64,000 bases of DNA from Octopus vulgaris (Eukaryota): NCBI GenBank assembly GCA_951406725.2, contig OX597837.1:15128001-15192000 (forward strand), written 5' to 3'. Within the stretch, counting starts at the first letter, position 1; each line of letters begins with the position of its first letter. The translations under genes and the position numbers were made by a program. Below, piece by piece: positions 63,509 to 64,000 of this stretch. Under the pieces are notes generated by a model. It was not told the origin of the DNA. It searched no databases and saw only the letters and a list, made by a program, of their open reading frames with translations.

Positions 63509-63767
63509 GCTTACCGCAGCCTGCTTGAAAAACTTCAAGAGCTGGAGACTGACGTTCCATTGATTAAATCCTATGTGGCCAGTTATGCAGCACATGCGAT
63601 AGGAGGGAATGTTATCAGCCTATCGGAGCTTGCTGAAGTTTTGGACAAAGGAGCCCACTATCCACTCTTCCTTATTTCTCTACAACAAATGCACAAGCAG
63701 AAGGACAAAGAATGGCTAGTGAATGTCTTCAATGAAAGTAAGATAAACCTGCAAGACATGTTACCTG
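63509..63767 (+). CDS. EIF4G2: eIF4G2 exon (AYRSLLEKLQELETDVPLIKSYVA...HYPLFLISLQQ...SKINLQDMLP); gene continues off the right edge
   Basis: Strong match to human LEVDIPLVKSY...HFPLFLLCLQQ...SKVNMQKMLP; 259 nt, phase 0-1. Confidence 0.96.
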
Positions 63768-64000
63768 GTAAGGCCAAACGATTTGGGGTCTTTCGCTTTT
63801 TTTCTTTTGTGGGTTGAAATTTTCAAAAATTCCCTGTTTTATCTCCTAAAAGTTTTAATTTAGATTTTTATATAATGAATCTATTTTATGATCATGAAAT
63901 TCATCATCATCCTCGTTTAACGTCCATTTTCCATGCTGGCATGGGTTGGACGAATTCATTATGATTAATGTGTAAATTCTTTTATACATTGAGATATTCA

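Overview
AT-rich, intron-rich animal genomic DNA, dense in SINEs, LINE remnants, MITEs and (TA)n/(CA)n microsatellites; the repeat content looks octopus-like (inference). Nearly all ORFs in the supplied track are spurious. Two spliced genes diverge about 10 kb apart. (1) Minus strand: the 5' part of a Staf/ZNF143(ZNF76) gene, with 6 coding exons from ATG 11221 down to 903 that include all four N-terminal VxLxDG(T/S)TA repeats; the zinc fingers lie beyond the left edge. (2) Plus strand: eIF4G2 (DAP5/NAT1/p97), with a leader exon ending at 29097, a 17.5-kb first intron and 18 phase-consistent coding exons (46731-63767; MIF4G and MA3, W2 beyond the right edge). eIF4G2 has no usable AUG start: an in-frame TAA precedes a strong-context CUG (46731) that aligns with the human GUG start. 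Its leader has a splice-created 5-codon uORF, a candidate 52-nt cassette exon that would turn the uORF into a 79-codon overlapping ORF, and a downstream out-of-frame AUG trap. Five Penelope-type minimal hammerhead ribozyme motifs occur, one intact and fused to a tRNA-derived Pol III head. There are also three long intronic inverted repeats, a duplicated poison splice acceptor, Staf-like sites near the eIF4G2 start and a GC-AG intron. All gene models were read by hand without expression data.
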